A stretch of 64,000 nt of DNA from Bispira polyomma (Eukaryota): positions 682,001 through 746,000 of the forward strand of contig OZ287754.1 in NCBI GenBank assembly GCA_965649765.1, in the 5' to 3' direction. Below, one piece after another: positions 63,790 to 64,000 of this stretch. Positions within the stretch are counted from its first letter, which is position 1. Every line of letters starts with the position of its first letter. The translations under genes were made by a program, and so were the position numbers. Below the pieces are notes generated by a model. That model was given only the letters and a program-made list of their open reading frames with translations, made no database searches and was not told where the DNA came from.

Positions 63790-64000
63790 GAATTTAGTTT
63801 GATTTTGTGTCAGCTTTTAACAGGCATATCGCAAATCCAGATTTAATAGTGGAAGAACCAGTGTTGGGACATTGTCACCCAACAACTTATGGCAAGTACT
63901 TCGCAAACTTTCCCACATGAAGGAAGAAATGGGACTGAAACCCACAGTGGTGAGAGGCCAGTGATTACGAGTAAGCTATTCAAACAACTAGGCCACCAGA
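63790..64000 (-). mobile_element. tRNA-derived SINE at the window edge
   Basis: Same family. Confidence 0.78.

Overview
AT-rich animal genomic DNA, probably an invertebrate such as a mollusc (inferred from repeat style only), with a 213-nt N gap at 48066-48278. The only clear host gene is an intronless PTF1/Fer-family bHLH transcription factor (21751-22719, +) with a GC-box/CCAAT/TATA promoter. It sits in a gene desert made of transposon debris and motif-dense, enhancer-like islands. The repeats include a near full-length Penelope-like retroelement (RT + GIY-YIG, about 35.9-39.3 kb), an RTE-X-like LINE, many L2/CR1 fragments, about 12 tRNA-derived SINE copies, several MITE/foldback elements and minisatellites. 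The most striking unannotated signal is a complete type I hammerhead ribozyme on the minus strand (35966-36044), at the inverted left end of the Penelope element. The element's RT and endonuclease ORFs also overlap at an in-phase A_AAA_AAG slippery heptamer. Other notable points are the Fer1/Fer3 hybrid bHLH, a 10x66-bp E-box-bearing array upstream of it, a SINE nested antisense inside another SINE under one TSD, and a minisatellite born from a LINE coding motif. All calls are by eye; no searches or folding programs were run, and repeat boundaries are approximate.
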